DNA of 64,000 nucleotides from Alphaproteobacteria bacterium (lineage in GTDB: Bacteria; Pseudomonadota; Alphaproteobacteria; SP197), in contig CBDAUZ010000001.1 in assembly GCA_965200745.1 (NCBI GenBank), forward strand, positions 370,896-434,895, read 5' to 3'. The position numbers and the translations under genes are program-made. Under the pieces are notes generated by a model, which was not told the origin of the DNA, did no database searches, and worked only from the letters and a program-made list of their open reading frames with translations. Of this stretch, positions 39,901-49,252 are shown in pieces (the first letter of the stretch is position 1; the number at the start of each line of letters is the position of its first letter).

Positions 39901-40658
39901 ATGCAGCCGGCGATCCTGATCAGGCCTGGCGCAATGCGACAATTCGCGTGTTCGGGTCCAAACCGGGTGCCTATGGCGCCGGACTGCAAGCCCTGATCGA
40001 CGATTCCTTGTGGGAAACCGACAAGGATCTCGCGCGTGCGTTTGTCTCCTGGAGCGGATATGCTTACGGCGCAGGTTCCGAAGGCATTGCAGCACACGAT
40101 CACTTCGAAAACAGGCTGGCGCATACGGAGGTTGTGATCCACAACCAGGACAATCGTGAGCACGACCTTCTCGATTCGGATGATTACTACCAGTTTGAGG
40201 GGGGCATGACCGCTGCGGTGCGTCATGCATCGGGATCACAGCCAACCGTCTACCACAATGACCATTCGCGCCCCGAAAGCCCTGCGATAAGGACATTGCA
40301 GGAAGAAATTGCCCGTGTTGTTCGTGCGCGTGTCGTCAATCCCAAGTGGATCGCGGGTGTCATGCGGCACGGTTACAAGGGCGCCTTCGAAATGGCCGCG
40401 ACAGTCGATTACCTGTTCGGGTTCGCTGCATCCGCCCGCTGCGTCGCGGATCATCATTTTGATGCCGTCTATGATGCGTGGCTGGCGGATGACACGGTCA
40501 GACGGTTCATTTCAGAAGCGAATCCGCATGCCCTGCGCGATATTGCGCTGCGGATGTCCGAGGCACAGAAACGCGGGTTGTGGAAATCCCGTCGCAACAG
40601 CACCATGGCGCTGCTTGACGCGCTGATTGCCGAGAAGAACGGAGGACATGAACAGTGA
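36933..40658 (+). CDS. cobN: Cobaltochelatase subunit CobN
   Basis: 1241 aa with CobN/Mg-chelatase H-subunit architecture. Confidence 0.9.
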   Translation: MHLLAARPGLLIDGSEAVDLRQSPGDIAILSAADTELALLADAAQRRQSSRPVVRLASTLQLAHNLSVDTWIESVASHARIIVARMLGGASYWRYGTDELTELARRSGCRLVLLPGDDREDPELRELSSISDHAYDVLWSYLNHGGSTNADNFLGFLANLCDFTEPVLPPQPFARSGCYWPAVGVTDREHIRNFWAGDRPVVAIVFYRALVQAADTAPIDMLVDSLTAAGLNPLPVFSQSLREPGPSAFVEETLARYPPSVIVNCTGFSLFSPDSIRGPTPFDTADCPIIQAVLSSDSLESWETRTRGLAPRDIAMNVALPEVDGRIFSRAISFKSAKRFNKFAETSVVRHEPLEDRVDWTAALAAAWVRLGKTPVAQRRVAMVLANYPGKTARIGNGVGLDTPASAVNILVRMYAAGYRTGPVPDDGGTFIRTLIDRKTRIRDDTACTLDLDTYQQRFSNLPAAVRKLTTERWGAPVADPTCIDGAFRLHVHQQDNIVIGVQPGRGYGLDPKAAYHDPDLPPPHSYLAFYFWIIHEFGAHAVIQLGKHGNLEWLPGKSLALSESCFPEAVFAPIPLIYPFIVNDPGEGTQAKRRNAAVIVDHLTPPLTRAGTYGALNDLEQLVDEYFTASQTDPRRLPVLARDILDLCSSTGLDQDCGFTTSDDEESRLSRLDGYLCELKEMQIRDGLHILGDSPQGELRDSLLVALARMPRRNGDGESLIRALARDLSLAFDPLDADMSVSWASHRPPCLEQVHDSPWRTNGDTIERLELLASALVAGRCEVNPDWHHTAIVLKEISETLAPAVEACGERELTAVLDALDGRFIEPGPSGAPSRGRPEVLPTGRNFFSVDTRVVPTAASWQLGSKSAARLLERHVQEHGVWPRSVALSAWGTANMRTGGDDIAQAMALIGARPVWEKRTGRVTGFDTIPLDILARPRVDVTLRVSGFFRDAFPSLIDLFDNAVRRIAELDEPSDMNPLAAHARREAANAAGDPDQAWRNATIRVFGSKPGAYGAGLQALIDDSLWETDKDLARAFVSWSGYAYGAGSEGIAAHDHFENRLAHTEVVIHNQDNREHDLLDSDDYYQFEGGMTAAVRHASGSQPTVYHNDHSRPESPAIRTLQEEIARVVRARVVNPKWIAGVMRHGYKGAFEMAATVDYLFGFAASARCVADHHFDAVYDAWLADDTVRRFISEANPHALRDIALRMSEAQKRGLWKSRRNSTMALLDALIAEKNGGHEQ

Positions 40659-41275
40659 CGGAGACTGCAAACGATCATGCGACCAACGATCGTCATCGCG
40701 AGAAGATGCAGAAACGAAAGGCCGCACGCGACAGGATAATGGAAACGAAGACCGAGGAACGTGGTCTGATCATCGTTCACACCGGCAAGGGAAAGGGAAA
40801 ATCGTCGGCTGCGTGGGGCATGGCGCTTCGTTGCCTGGGTCACGGTTACCGGATCGGTATTGTCCAGTTCATCAAGGGCCGAACCGAAACGGGTGAATAC
40901 AAGTTTCTGACAAGATTCCCGGAAAGCGTGACATACAGGGTCATGGGTGAAGGCTTCACGTGGGAGACCCAGGATCGCGCCCGTGACATCGAGATGGCGA
41001 ATGCGGCGTGGATGACGTCAAGGGAACTGATGCAGGACCCTGATATCCGGATGGTCATACTCGACGAACTGAACATTGCCCTGCGCTACGAATACGTCGA
41101 TCTTGCAGACGTGCTCGAGACCCTGTCGAACAAGAGACCGGACCTGCACGTCGTCATAACCGGCCGGAATGCGCATGCTGATCTTGTTGCGTGTGCGGAC
41201 CTCGTCACAGAAATGACGCTGGTGAAACATCCGTTTCGTGATGGTGTGAAGAGTCAACCAGGCGTCGAGTTCTGA
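40655..41275 (+). CDS. cobO: Cob(I)yrinic acid a,c-diamide adenosyltransferase
   Basis: 'LIIVHTGKGKGKSSAAWG' P-loop of the CobA/CobO family. Confidence 0.85.
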   Translation: MTETANDHATNDRHREKMQKRKAARDRIMETKTEERGLIIVHTGKGKGKSSAAWGMALRCLGHGYRIGIVQFIKGRTETGEYKFLTRFPESVTYRVMGEGFTWETQDRARDIEMANAAWMTSRELMQDPDIRMVILDELNIALRYEYVDLADVLETLSNKRPDLHVVITGRNAHADLVACADLVTEMTLVKHPFRDGVKSQPGVEF

Positions 41276-41344
41276 ACCGGTCGGTTCGATCATCTGACGC
41301 AACATCGCCTGTGCAATCAGTGTCCTCGCTTGCAATCTGACCCG

Positions 41345-42838
41345 ATGCCCCGACGCACACGTGCGCTGATGATCCAGGGAACCGGCTCCGACGTCGGGAA
41401 GTCCGTTGTGGTCGCGGGTCTGGCGCGTGCTTTCACGCGTCGTGGTCTGAACGTTCGTCCATTCAAACCCCAGAACATGTCGAACAACGCCGGCGTGACA
41501 GCGGACGGCGGCGAAATCGGTCGCGCCCAGATGCTTCAGGCGCATGCATGCGGTGTTCTCCCGAGCGTTCACATGAATCCCGTTCTCCTGAAACCGCAAT
41601 CGGACCGCGAATCGCAAATCATCGTACAGGGTGCCGTGACGGGCCGCTCGAGTCCCTTTGACTACAGAAATCGCAAGGCGGAACTTCTCAAACCCATACT
41701 GGAAAGTTTCTCCATCCTGTCCCGCGAGGCGGACCTGTTGCTGATCGAAGGTGCGGGCTCACCTGCAGAAGTCAATCTTCGTGAAAACGACGTCGCGAAC
41801 ATGGGATTTGCAATCGAAGCCGATGTCCCTGTCGTGTTGCTCGGCGATATCGAGCGGGGCGGCGTCATCGCAAACCTCGTGGGTACGATGATGCTTCTCG
41901 ACGAAAGGGAGCGATCGCTGGTCAAGGCGTGCTGCATCAACAAGTTTCGCGGTGATCCCGGTCTGTTCGACAGCGCTCTCGACTGCATACGCTCCCGCGC
42001 CGGACTTGCCTGTCTTGGCGTCATACCCTGGCTGCCGCAGGCACGAAACCTTCCTGCCGAGGACTCGGCAAACCTGGATGATGCCATGCCAATGGCACGG
42101 TCGGGAGAAAAAGGTTCGGGCGCGCCGATCCGAGTCGTTGTGCCGCGATTGGACCGGATCGCGAACCACGACGATCTCGACCCGTTGCAGGCTGAACCCG
42201 ACGTGACGGTAACCCTTTTGCAACCCGATGACGCACTGCCTGGTGATACGGATCTCGTCATTCTTCCCGGCTCAAAGAATACGCGCAGCGACCTGGCACG
42301 CTTGAAATCCCATGGTTGGCACATTGACATTGCCGCACATGTGCGGCGCGGCGGTTGGGTTGTCGGCATGTGCGGCGGATTTCAGATGCTTGGACACGAA
42401 GTCAGCGACCCCGACGGTGTCGAGGGCGACCCGGGCACCGAGGATGGACTTGGCTTGCTGGACATTTCAACGGTTCTTGATCGTTCGAAGCGGCTTTCAC
42501 GCGTCACGGGAGAGGAGCTGTCGACGCGTTCGTCCGTTGTCGGCTACGAAATACATGCGGGAATCTCGACCGGACCCGACTGTGCCCGACCGATGATCAT
42601 GCTTGAATCAGGTCCCGACGGTGCAATCTCCCGTTCCGGCAAGGTCATGGGAACCTATGTTCACGGAATCTTTGCGTCGGACCGGTTCAGGTACAGTTTT
42701 CTGAACGCAATCAGGCAGAGGGAATCGACGGCGATCTCGTATCAGGACCGCATCGATACAGCGCTCGATTCAATCGCTGACGGTATCGAGAAGGCAACAA
42801 GGCTTGATGCCTGGTATGAGATTGCCGCGGGTTACTGA
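41345..42838 (+). CDS. cobQ: Cobyric acid synthase
   Basis: 'ALMIQGTGSDVGKS' N-terminus and a C-terminal glutamine amidotransferase domain. Confidence 0.85.
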   Translation: MPRRTRALMIQGTGSDVGKSVVVAGLARAFTRRGLNVRPFKPQNMSNNAGVTADGGEIGRAQMLQAHACGVLPSVHMNPVLLKPQSDRESQIIVQGAVTGRSSPFDYRNRKAELLKPILESFSILSREADLLLIEGAGSPAEVNLRENDVANMGFAIEADVPVVLLGDIERGGVIANLVGTMMLLDERERSLVKACCINKFRGDPGLFDSALDCIRSRAGLACLGVIPWLPQARNLPAEDSANLDDAMPMARSGEKGSGAPIRVVVPRLDRIANHDDLDPLQAEPDVTVTLLQPDDALPGDTDLVILPGSKNTRSDLARLKSHGWHIDIAAHVRRGGWVVGMCGGFQMLGHEVSDPDGVEGDPGTEDGLGLLDISTVLDRSKRLSRVTGEELSTRSSVVGYEIHAGISTGPDCARPMIMLESGPDGAISRSGKVMGTYVHGIFASDRFRYSFLNAIRQRESTAISYQDRIDTALDSIADGIEKATRLDAWYEIAAGY

Positions 42839-43812
42839 CCTGTCCATGTCGCCACGAAAAGCAGAAGTCCGCTACTGATGATGAACCAGACAACGCACGA
42901 ACGAACAAGAAGACGCAGCGCCCTGCGAATGTCATCGGCCGTGCAATCCGCGCGACCGTCTCCCATCCACCCGTCGTTGACAACGTGATCGGCGTAGTAT
43001 CGGGGACCGGCAAGCGAGATGCCGAGTGCACCTGCAAACGCGGCTTCGGGCCAACCCGCGTTGGGAGACTTGTGCTTTCCCGCATCACGCTGCATCGCCG
43101 TCACGGCCGCTCTGGCGTTGAGTCCGCATGTTTGTGCGGCAAGGGCGACTATCAGTCCGGAAAGGCGTGCCGGTACAAGATTGAGAAGATCATCGAACCG
43201 TGCAGACGCCCAACCGAAATCGACATGCCGGTCGTCAACATGACCGATCATGCTGTCGAGCGTATTGACAGTCTTGTAGATCAGCACGCCCGGGAGGCCT
43301 GCGACGAGGTACCAGAAAACCGGCGCCACGACGCCGTCGGAAAAGTTCTCGGAACAGCTTTCTATTGCCGCACGGGAGACGCCCGCCTCGTCGAGAACAG
43401 CCGGATTGCGCCCGACAGTTCTCGCAACAACGATACGCGCCTCGTCGAGACCGTCCCGCTCGAGGGCAATGGCAACGGCAGCGATGTGATCGTGAAGGTC
43501 GCGTTGTGCAATCAGTGTGAAAAGTATCAACGCCTCGACCGCCATCAATGCCGGGAATGCTTCACTCGCTGCATTGACCAGTGTTCCAGACATCCCGGCG
43601 ACGACGGTCATCAGTACAAGTGTCACGACACCCAGGAGTCGTTTTCGACCCGGTCCTCCTTTATTAAGGCGCACTTCAAGCCAGGCACAGGCGTCACCGA
43701 CAAGCGCAACTGGATGTCTTATACGCGACCAGATCCAGCGCGGGTCGCCGAGTGCTGCATCCGCAGCCAGCGCAGCGGCCAACACGATCAACGATACATT
43801 GTCAAACAACAT
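42832..43812 (-). CDS. cobD: Adenosylcobinamide-phosphate synthase CobD/CbiB
   Basis: Start MLFDNVSL at 43812. Membrane protein matching the CbiB family. Confidence 0.8.
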   Translation of the reverse strand: MLFDNVSLIVLAAALAADAALGDPRWIWSRIRHPVALVGDACAWLEVRLNKGGPGRKRLLGVVTLVLMTVVAGMSGTLVNAASEAFPALMAVEALILFTLIAQRDLHDHIAAVAIALERDGLDEARIVVARTVGRNPAVLDEAGVSRAAIESCSENFSDGVVAPVFWYLVAGLPGVLIYKTVNTLDSMIGHVDDRHVDFGWASARFDDLLNLVPARLSGLIVALAAQTCGLNARAAVTAMQRDAGKHKSPNAGWPEAAFAGALGISLAGPRYYADHVVNDGWMGDGRADCTADDIRRALRLLVRSCVVWFIISSGLLLFVATWTGQ

Positions 43813-43853
43813 CGGTGCGGTCCGATCGCGGAAAGGAACCCGCCGAGAAGGGT

Positions 43854-44834
43854 ATGGAGCACACGGGCATGAACAAGACGGCGGTAATGATCTGTGGACA
43901 TGGCAGCCGGGATACCGGCGCGGTCCGGGAGTTTTCCTGCGTCGCGGACAAACTGTCCGAACGCGTCTCCTGGCCCATGGCGTACGGGTTTCTTGAATTC
44001 GCCACACCGATCATTCGTGACGGTCTCGACAGGCTACGTAACCAGGGCGCGACACGGATACTCGCCGTACCCGGCATGTTGTTTGCCGCCGGACACGTCA
44101 AGAACGATGTTCCAAGTGTGCTGAACAGTTATGCGGCGCAGAACAATCTGGAAGTCCTCTATGGGCGGGACCTCGGTGACGACGTCCGCATGGTGCGCGC
44201 CGCTGGTGAGAGGGTTCGTGAAGCCATTGCACGCGCCGATGCCGAACAGGCGATTCCGCTTCATGACACCCTGCTGTTGACGGTCGGACGCGGTACATCG
44301 GATCCGGATGCAAATGCCAATATATCCCGGGTATCGCGCCTCGTGGCCGAAGGAATCGGTGTCGGGTGGGGTGCAACCGCATACTCCGGCGTGACGTTCC
44401 CGCTTGTACAACCGGCGCTTGAACGCCTCGTCCGGCTGGGGTTCAGGCGAATCATCGTGTTCCCGTACTTCCTGTTCACCGGTGTCCTGGTTCGTCGCAT
44501 CTATGAAGCGACGGACAATGTCGCAAGACAGTTTCCCGAAATCCAGTTCGTACGGGCGGATTACCTGAATGACCACCCGCTTGTTCTCGATACCTTCGTC
44601 TCGCGCATTCACGAGATTCTCGACGGTACCGGAAACATGAATTGCCAGTTTTGCAAGTACCGGGAACAGATTCTCGGATTTGAAAGCGAGGTTGGTCTGC
44701 CGCAGGAAAGCCATCATCATCACGTTGAAGGCATCGGAACAGGTGGTCACACGCATCATCACCACGGGCACACACATCACCCTTATCCCCATGCCGACCA
44801 CCCGCTAGGTCCACGGACTCTCGCCCACGACTGA
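43854..44834 (+). CDS. cbiX: Sirohydrochlorin cobaltochelatase CbiX (long form with His-rich C-terminus)
   Basis: Duplicated CbiX halves ('VMICGHGSRD', 'LLLTVGRGTSDPDAN') plus a poly-His tail. Confidence 0.75.
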   Translation: MEHTGMNKTAVMICGHGSRDTGAVREFSCVADKLSERVSWPMAYGFLEFATPIIRDGLDRLRNQGATRILAVPGMLFAAGHVKNDVPSVLNSYAAQNNLEVLYGRDLGDDVRMVRAAGERVREAIARADAEQAIPLHDTLLLTVGRGTSDPDANANISRVSRLVAEGIGVGWGATAYSGVTFPLVQPALERLVRLGFRRIIVFPYFLFTGVLVRRIYEATDNVARQFPEIQFVRADYLNDHPLVLDTFVSRIHEILDGTGNMNCQFCKYREQILGFESEVGLPQESHHHHVEGIGTGGHTHHHHGHTHHPYPHADHPLGPRTLAHD

Positions 44835-45174
44835 ATACCGCTTGCGTTCAGCGAACCGTCTTGTTGCATGTGCCGGTTGATCATGGTGCGTGTCTTGTCA
44901 ACGACCGCCGGGCGGTGCGAACTTCCTGTGCAATCATTTCTGGAATCCGAAGGGATCGACGAGAGGACCCTGTAAACCACCCTGTTCCAGACCGGTCGAA
45001 CGACAGGTACCGATGGACGACAATACAGTGACGAAACAGTTTTGACGGGTTCAGGGAACATGTACGATCAACGCACGCGCGGTCTCTGACCTGTTCCAGA
45101 TCGCAAGTCCTGTGCGAGGTGACCGGATGCTGCAGGAATTTGTCGTGACCGACGCAGCCGATAACATGCATGCG

Positions 45175-45188
45175 ACACACACACACAC
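45175..45188. repeat. (AC)7 dinucleotide microsatellite 16 nt upstream of the gentisate dioxygenase start
   Basis: Read directly: acacacacacacac. Confidence 0.9.
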
Positions 45189-45204
45189 CTGGTGAGAAGA
45201 CGAC

Positions 45205-46335
45205 ATGTCGAACAATCGAAGTGAAGTGCTCAAGGCTCTCTACGATGATGTGCATCAGTCAAACATGTTTCCATTCTGGGCAACAAGCACGGATGTGGAA
45301 CACGACGAGATACGCCAGCTCATGGATTCCACGCGCGCTGTTCCGTTCGTCTGGAATTACGCCGAGACCATTCTCCCCCTCCTCGAGCGATCGGCTGAAC
45401 TCGTGTCAATGGCCGATTCCGAGAGGCGTTCACTGATTTTGATCAATCCCGGTCTCGCACCCCGGCGCGCTACGGTGACGACGATGTACACGGCCTACCG
45501 TCTCAACGATCCGCATGAGGTCATGCCGCCGCATCGCCATTCGCCCAACGCCATCCGGTTCGGCTTGACGGGTACGCAGAATTTTACCGGTGTCGAAGGC
45601 GAGAACATCGAATTCGGACCAGGCGACATGGTCTTGACGCCGCATGACACCTGGCACAACCACGGCAACAAGGGAGACGAACCCGCGGTCAACCTGTCCG
45701 TGCTTGACTTGCCGCTGGTCGAGACCATGAACGCCATTTATTTCGAGCACGATTATCGCGAGGAAGAACACGGCGTGATGATGAATCGACGCGAGCAGTC
45801 TGCGCGATTCCAGGACGATTACTCCGCGTGTATTTATGGACGTGGCGGATTTCGCGCTCATTTTGTCTCGCATCATCGTGGCACCGGAATGGCGTCGCCA
45901 ATGTATGTGTATCGTTGGGCACCGATTCGGGAATTCCTGGAAGAGAACCGGGACCGTGACGGCGACGCGTACGATGCGCTGAAGATCGAGTACACCAACC
46001 CGCTTGATGGACAACCGGTATTCCGGACCATGACCTATTTCGCCATGATGCTGCGCCCCGGTGAGCGAACGATGCCCTCGAAGCAGACAGCCAGTCTTCT
46101 GGTCTCCCCCATCGAAGGTGAACCGGGTCATTCGATCATCGATGGTGAACGTCATGGCTGGTCGAAATTCGATACCGTCGCCATACCCGGCGGCAGCTGG
46201 GTCGAACATGTCAATGAGACGCGCAACCCCATTGTCCTGTTCGTCGCAAGCGATGAACCGGCACTGCGCAGCGTCGGTCTCTACAAGCGCTGGGGACGCA
46301 ACGAAGCCGGCGATGTCCTGCGCATCGCGGACTGA
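45205..46335 (+). CDS. Gentisate 1,2-dioxygenase-like bicupin
   Basis: 376 aa. Two cupin halves with His motifs ('MPPHRHSPNAIRF', 'HNHGN'). Confidence 0.75.
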   Translation: MSNNRSEVLKALYDDVHQSNMFPFWATSTDVEHDEIRQLMDSTRAVPFVWNYAETILPLLERSAELVSMADSERRSLILINPGLAPRRATVTTMYTAYRLNDPHEVMPPHRHSPNAIRFGLTGTQNFTGVEGENIEFGPGDMVLTPHDTWHNHGNKGDEPAVNLSVLDLPLVETMNAIYFEHDYREEEHGVMMNRREQSARFQDDYSACIYGRGGFRAHFVSHHRGTGMASPMYVYRWAPIREFLEENRDRDGDAYDALKIEYTNPLDGQPVFRTMTYFAMMLRPGERTMPSKQTASLLVSPIEGEPGHSIIDGERHGWSKFDTVAIPGGSWVEHVNETRNPIVLFVASDEPALRSVGLYKRWGRNEAGDVLRIAD

Positions 46336-47468
46336 TGAGGATGGAACACGCACGGAACGTCACACAACTCGGACATATTGACTGCCCTGGCGGTGGGCAG
46401 GTCTGGGTCGATGGACACTTGCTGTATGTCGGGCACATGCGCGCCCCGACCGGAACGTCAATCTACGACGTCTCGGATCCGGCATCGCCGAAGCCTCTCG
46501 CGAGAATTTTTCTGCCGGATGGCTGGCACTCACACAAGGTGCGTACCGCTGACGGGATCATGATCGTCAATCATGAAAAGCTGGGTCCGGGGGCTGAAGA
46601 ATTCGGCGGGGGCCTTGCAATCTACAATGTTGAAGACCCGGCCAATCCGGTGTTGATCACGAAGTGGAGAACGCACGGCAAGGGCGTGCATCGTTTCGAT
46701 TTCGATGGCCGGTATGCCTATATCTCGCCGACTGCCGCGGGATATGTCGGCAACATCGTGATGATTCTCGATCTTGGGAACCCGTTACAACCGCGCGAGG
46801 TCGGCCGATGGTGGCTGCCGGGACAATGGCAAGCCGGCGGCGAAGAGTATCCGTGGGACAACTATGTACCGCCCCGCTGCCACCACCCGTTACGATACCG
46901 GAATCGCCTCAACGTCAGTTACTGGCATCACGGGTTCGTGATCCTGGATATCGACGACATGTCGAAACCCGTTGCCGTGTCGGGACGCAATACCACCAGC
47001 AGTTTTCCGCACCCGACGCACACGTGCCTGCGCCTGAACGAACCGGTCATGGGCCGTGAAATCATGATCGTGGCGGATGAGGATGTTGCCAAACTATACC
47101 CGACCGCACCCGCGTTCACCTGGGTTTACGACGTAACCGACGAGCGGAATCCGGTTTCCATCGCGACGTTTCAGGTCCCGGGCGTCGACCAGGACGGTTC
47201 ACCGCAAACACCGATGACCGGCTGTCATCAACCGAGCGAACGCCTGACCGGAACAACCGTGGTTCCGTTCGCGTGGTTTGCGCAGGGTCTGCGGCTTGTG
47301 GATTTCCGGAATCCCTTCATGCCTGAAGAAGTCGGGTACTGGCGCGCAGCGCCTCCACAGGGCGCGGAGCGCGTATCCGCCAATGATGTCACGATCGATT
47401 CCAGGGGAGTCATCTACCTGATCGATCGCCAGCACGGCGTCGACATTCTGGAGACCTCACTTTTCTGA
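46335..47468 (+). CDS. LVIVD-repeat beta-propeller protein
   Basis: Repeated 'SIYDVSDPASPKP', 'LAIYNVEDPANPV', 'WVYDVTDERNPV' and 'LRLVDFRNPFMP' units. ATGA overlap with the upstream gene. Confidence 0.55.
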   Translation: MRMEHARNVTQLGHIDCPGGGQVWVDGHLLYVGHMRAPTGTSIYDVSDPASPKPLARIFLPDGWHSHKVRTADGIMIVNHEKLGPGAEEFGGGLAIYNVEDPANPVLITKWRTHGKGVHRFDFDGRYAYISPTAAGYVGNIVMILDLGNPLQPREVGRWWLPGQWQAGGEEYPWDNYVPPRCHHPLRYRNRLNVSYWHHGFVILDIDDMSKPVAVSGRNTTSSFPHPTHTCLRLNEPVMGREIMIVADEDVAKLYPTAPAFTWVYDVTDERNPVSIATFQVPGVDQDGSPQTPMTGCHQPSERLTGTTVVPFAWFAQGLRLVDFRNPFMPEEVGYWRAAPPQGAERVSANDVTIDSRGVIYLIDRQHGVDILETSLF

Positions 47469-47732
47469 GCACCCGTGTCCTGCTGCGGACCATGTCATGA
47501 TCCTTATCAACAATGTTTCCGGTTTCGCGATAAAACAAACAGGTACATGTTGCGCACGAATTCACGCATAATGCGATTATCGAACCGGAAAGTGGGGTTT
47601 CGGGTCAACGCGCCATTCGCGTGATCTGCCGTTCGGGATTCCCTGGCGTCCGTGCTTTCAGACGCTCAGGTGCGGTGCTGCAAGGAGGTTGGCTGGGGAA
47701 CAGTCACAACAGTTGCGAGGGATAACATCAAG

Positions 47733-48647
47733 ATGCGTTCTTCTGTGATCGGGCTTGGAACCATGGGACCTGGCATTGTGATGACAATGGCCCGCGCAGG
47801 CATGGATGTCCTGGCGTATGATTCCGACCCTGACGCCAGCGCGCGTTGCACCGAGCAATTCGAGCCGATTCGGCTCGTTCTCGACCAACTGGAGTTTCCC
47901 GACCGCGGGGACCAGAACAATATCGAAATCGTATCGAGCCTGTCCGATGTGTTGGTGGACACCGAGTTTGTCCTTGAGAACATTAACGAGAGTCTCCAGC
48001 TCAAACAGGTCCTGCTGGCAGAGATCGAACGGGAAGTGCCTGCAGATGTCGTGATTGCCTCCGATACGTCGGGGATCCCGATCAGCGCATTGCAGGACGG
48101 TGCCGCGACGCCTGAACGAGTTGTCGGAATGCATTGGTCAAATCCGCCACATCTCATTCCGGTCATCGAAGTCGTTGCCGGCACGCAAACCAGTCAGGAG
48201 ACCATCAACAAGCTGACTCGCATCGTCGAGGATCTCGATGCTTTCCCGATCACCATCAAACGCGATATACCGGGGTTTGTCGAAAACCGGATTCTCTACT
48301 CGATCATGCGTGAGTCCTTGAATCTGGTCGACGACGGGATCATCAGTCCAACGGATCTCGACACCTGCATTTCATGGGGTATCGGCTACAAACTAGCTGT
48401 CATCGGTCCGATGAGCCTTCTCGATATGGCGGGACTGGACCTCTACAACTCCGTCGCGAGCTATCTCAACAAGGAACTGGCCAACAACACGGATGTCAGC
48501 AAGTACATCACCGAGAAGGTGGCAGAAGGCAAGTTCGGTCAGAAAACAGGTGAAGGAATCTTTACCTACAATCCGGAAGGTCTAAATGCCTTGCGGCGGT
48601 TGCGAGCAGAACGTTTCATTGCGGTTCGACAGGCACTCGGTCTGTAA
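47733..48647 (+). CDS. 3-Hydroxyacyl-CoA dehydrogenase (NAD-binding)
   Basis: 'VIGLGTMGPGI' Rossmann motif and the C-terminal 3HCDH domain. Confidence 0.8.
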   Translation: MRSSVIGLGTMGPGIVMTMARAGMDVLAYDSDPDASARCTEQFEPIRLVLDQLEFPDRGDQNNIEIVSSLSDVLVDTEFVLENINESLQLKQVLLAEIEREVPADVVIASDTSGIPISALQDGAATPERVVGMHWSNPPHLIPVIEVVAGTQTSQETINKLTRIVEDLDAFPITIKRDIPGFVENRILYSIMRESLNLVDDGIISPTDLDTCISWGIGYKLAVIGPMSLLDMAGLDLYNSVASYLNKELANNTDVSKYITEKVAEGKFGQKTGEGIFTYNPEGLNALRRLRAERFIAVRQALGL

Positions 48648-48680
48648 CCTGCAGAAACCGTCCTGCGTACGGAACGACAG

Positions 48681-49226
48681 ATGACTATACGCAAGACCGT
48701 GTATGTGGCGGAAACTGTCTTCTCGGAAGCAGGCAAACCGTCACCCGTGCCGGTCAGTCGCGTCGCTGCCATTGCGGTAATCTCCAACCCCTGTGCCGGC
48801 GCATGGCATGCGAATCTTGATGAGCTTGCCGACCTCGGTCTGCACATCGGTGAGACATTGGCTGAAAAAGCGGTCGCGCTGCTGGAAAACAATCCGGTTG
48901 CCTACGGCAAGGCGGCGATTGTCGGTGTCAACGGCGATATAGAACACGCAGCCGCCGTGCTGCACCCGAAACTCGGCAAACCGATGCGCGCCGCATGTGG
49001 CGGTGGTCAATCGCTGATCCCCTCTGTTACCAAGGTGGCTGCAGCTGGCGCGTCCGTCGACATTCCGCTGGCACACAAGGATGAAATCTGGAGCTTCAAC
49101 GAACTTGACACCATAACGGTGTTCGTCGCCGATGCACCGCGGCCTGACGAGATTGTCGCAGCCATTGCGTATTCCGACGGCGGTCGACCGGAGCCCAGGA
49201 TTGGCGCAACCCGCGCGGTTGTCTGA
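48681..49226 (+). CDS. Amino-acid-synthesis (AA_synth/DUF1185-like) family protein
   Basis: 181 aa. Family recognition is moderate only. Confidence 0.5.
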   Translation: MTIRKTVYVAETVFSEAGKPSPVPVSRVAAIAVISNPCAGAWHANLDELADLGLHIGETLAEKAVALLENNPVAYGKAAIVGVNGDIEHAAAVLHPKLGKPMRAACGGGQSLIPSVTKVAAAGASVDIPLAHKDEIWSFNELDTITVFVADAPRPDEIVAAIAYSDGGRPEPRIGATRAVV

Positions 49227-49252
49227 ATCAGAGCGACAGGGAGAGATGAATC

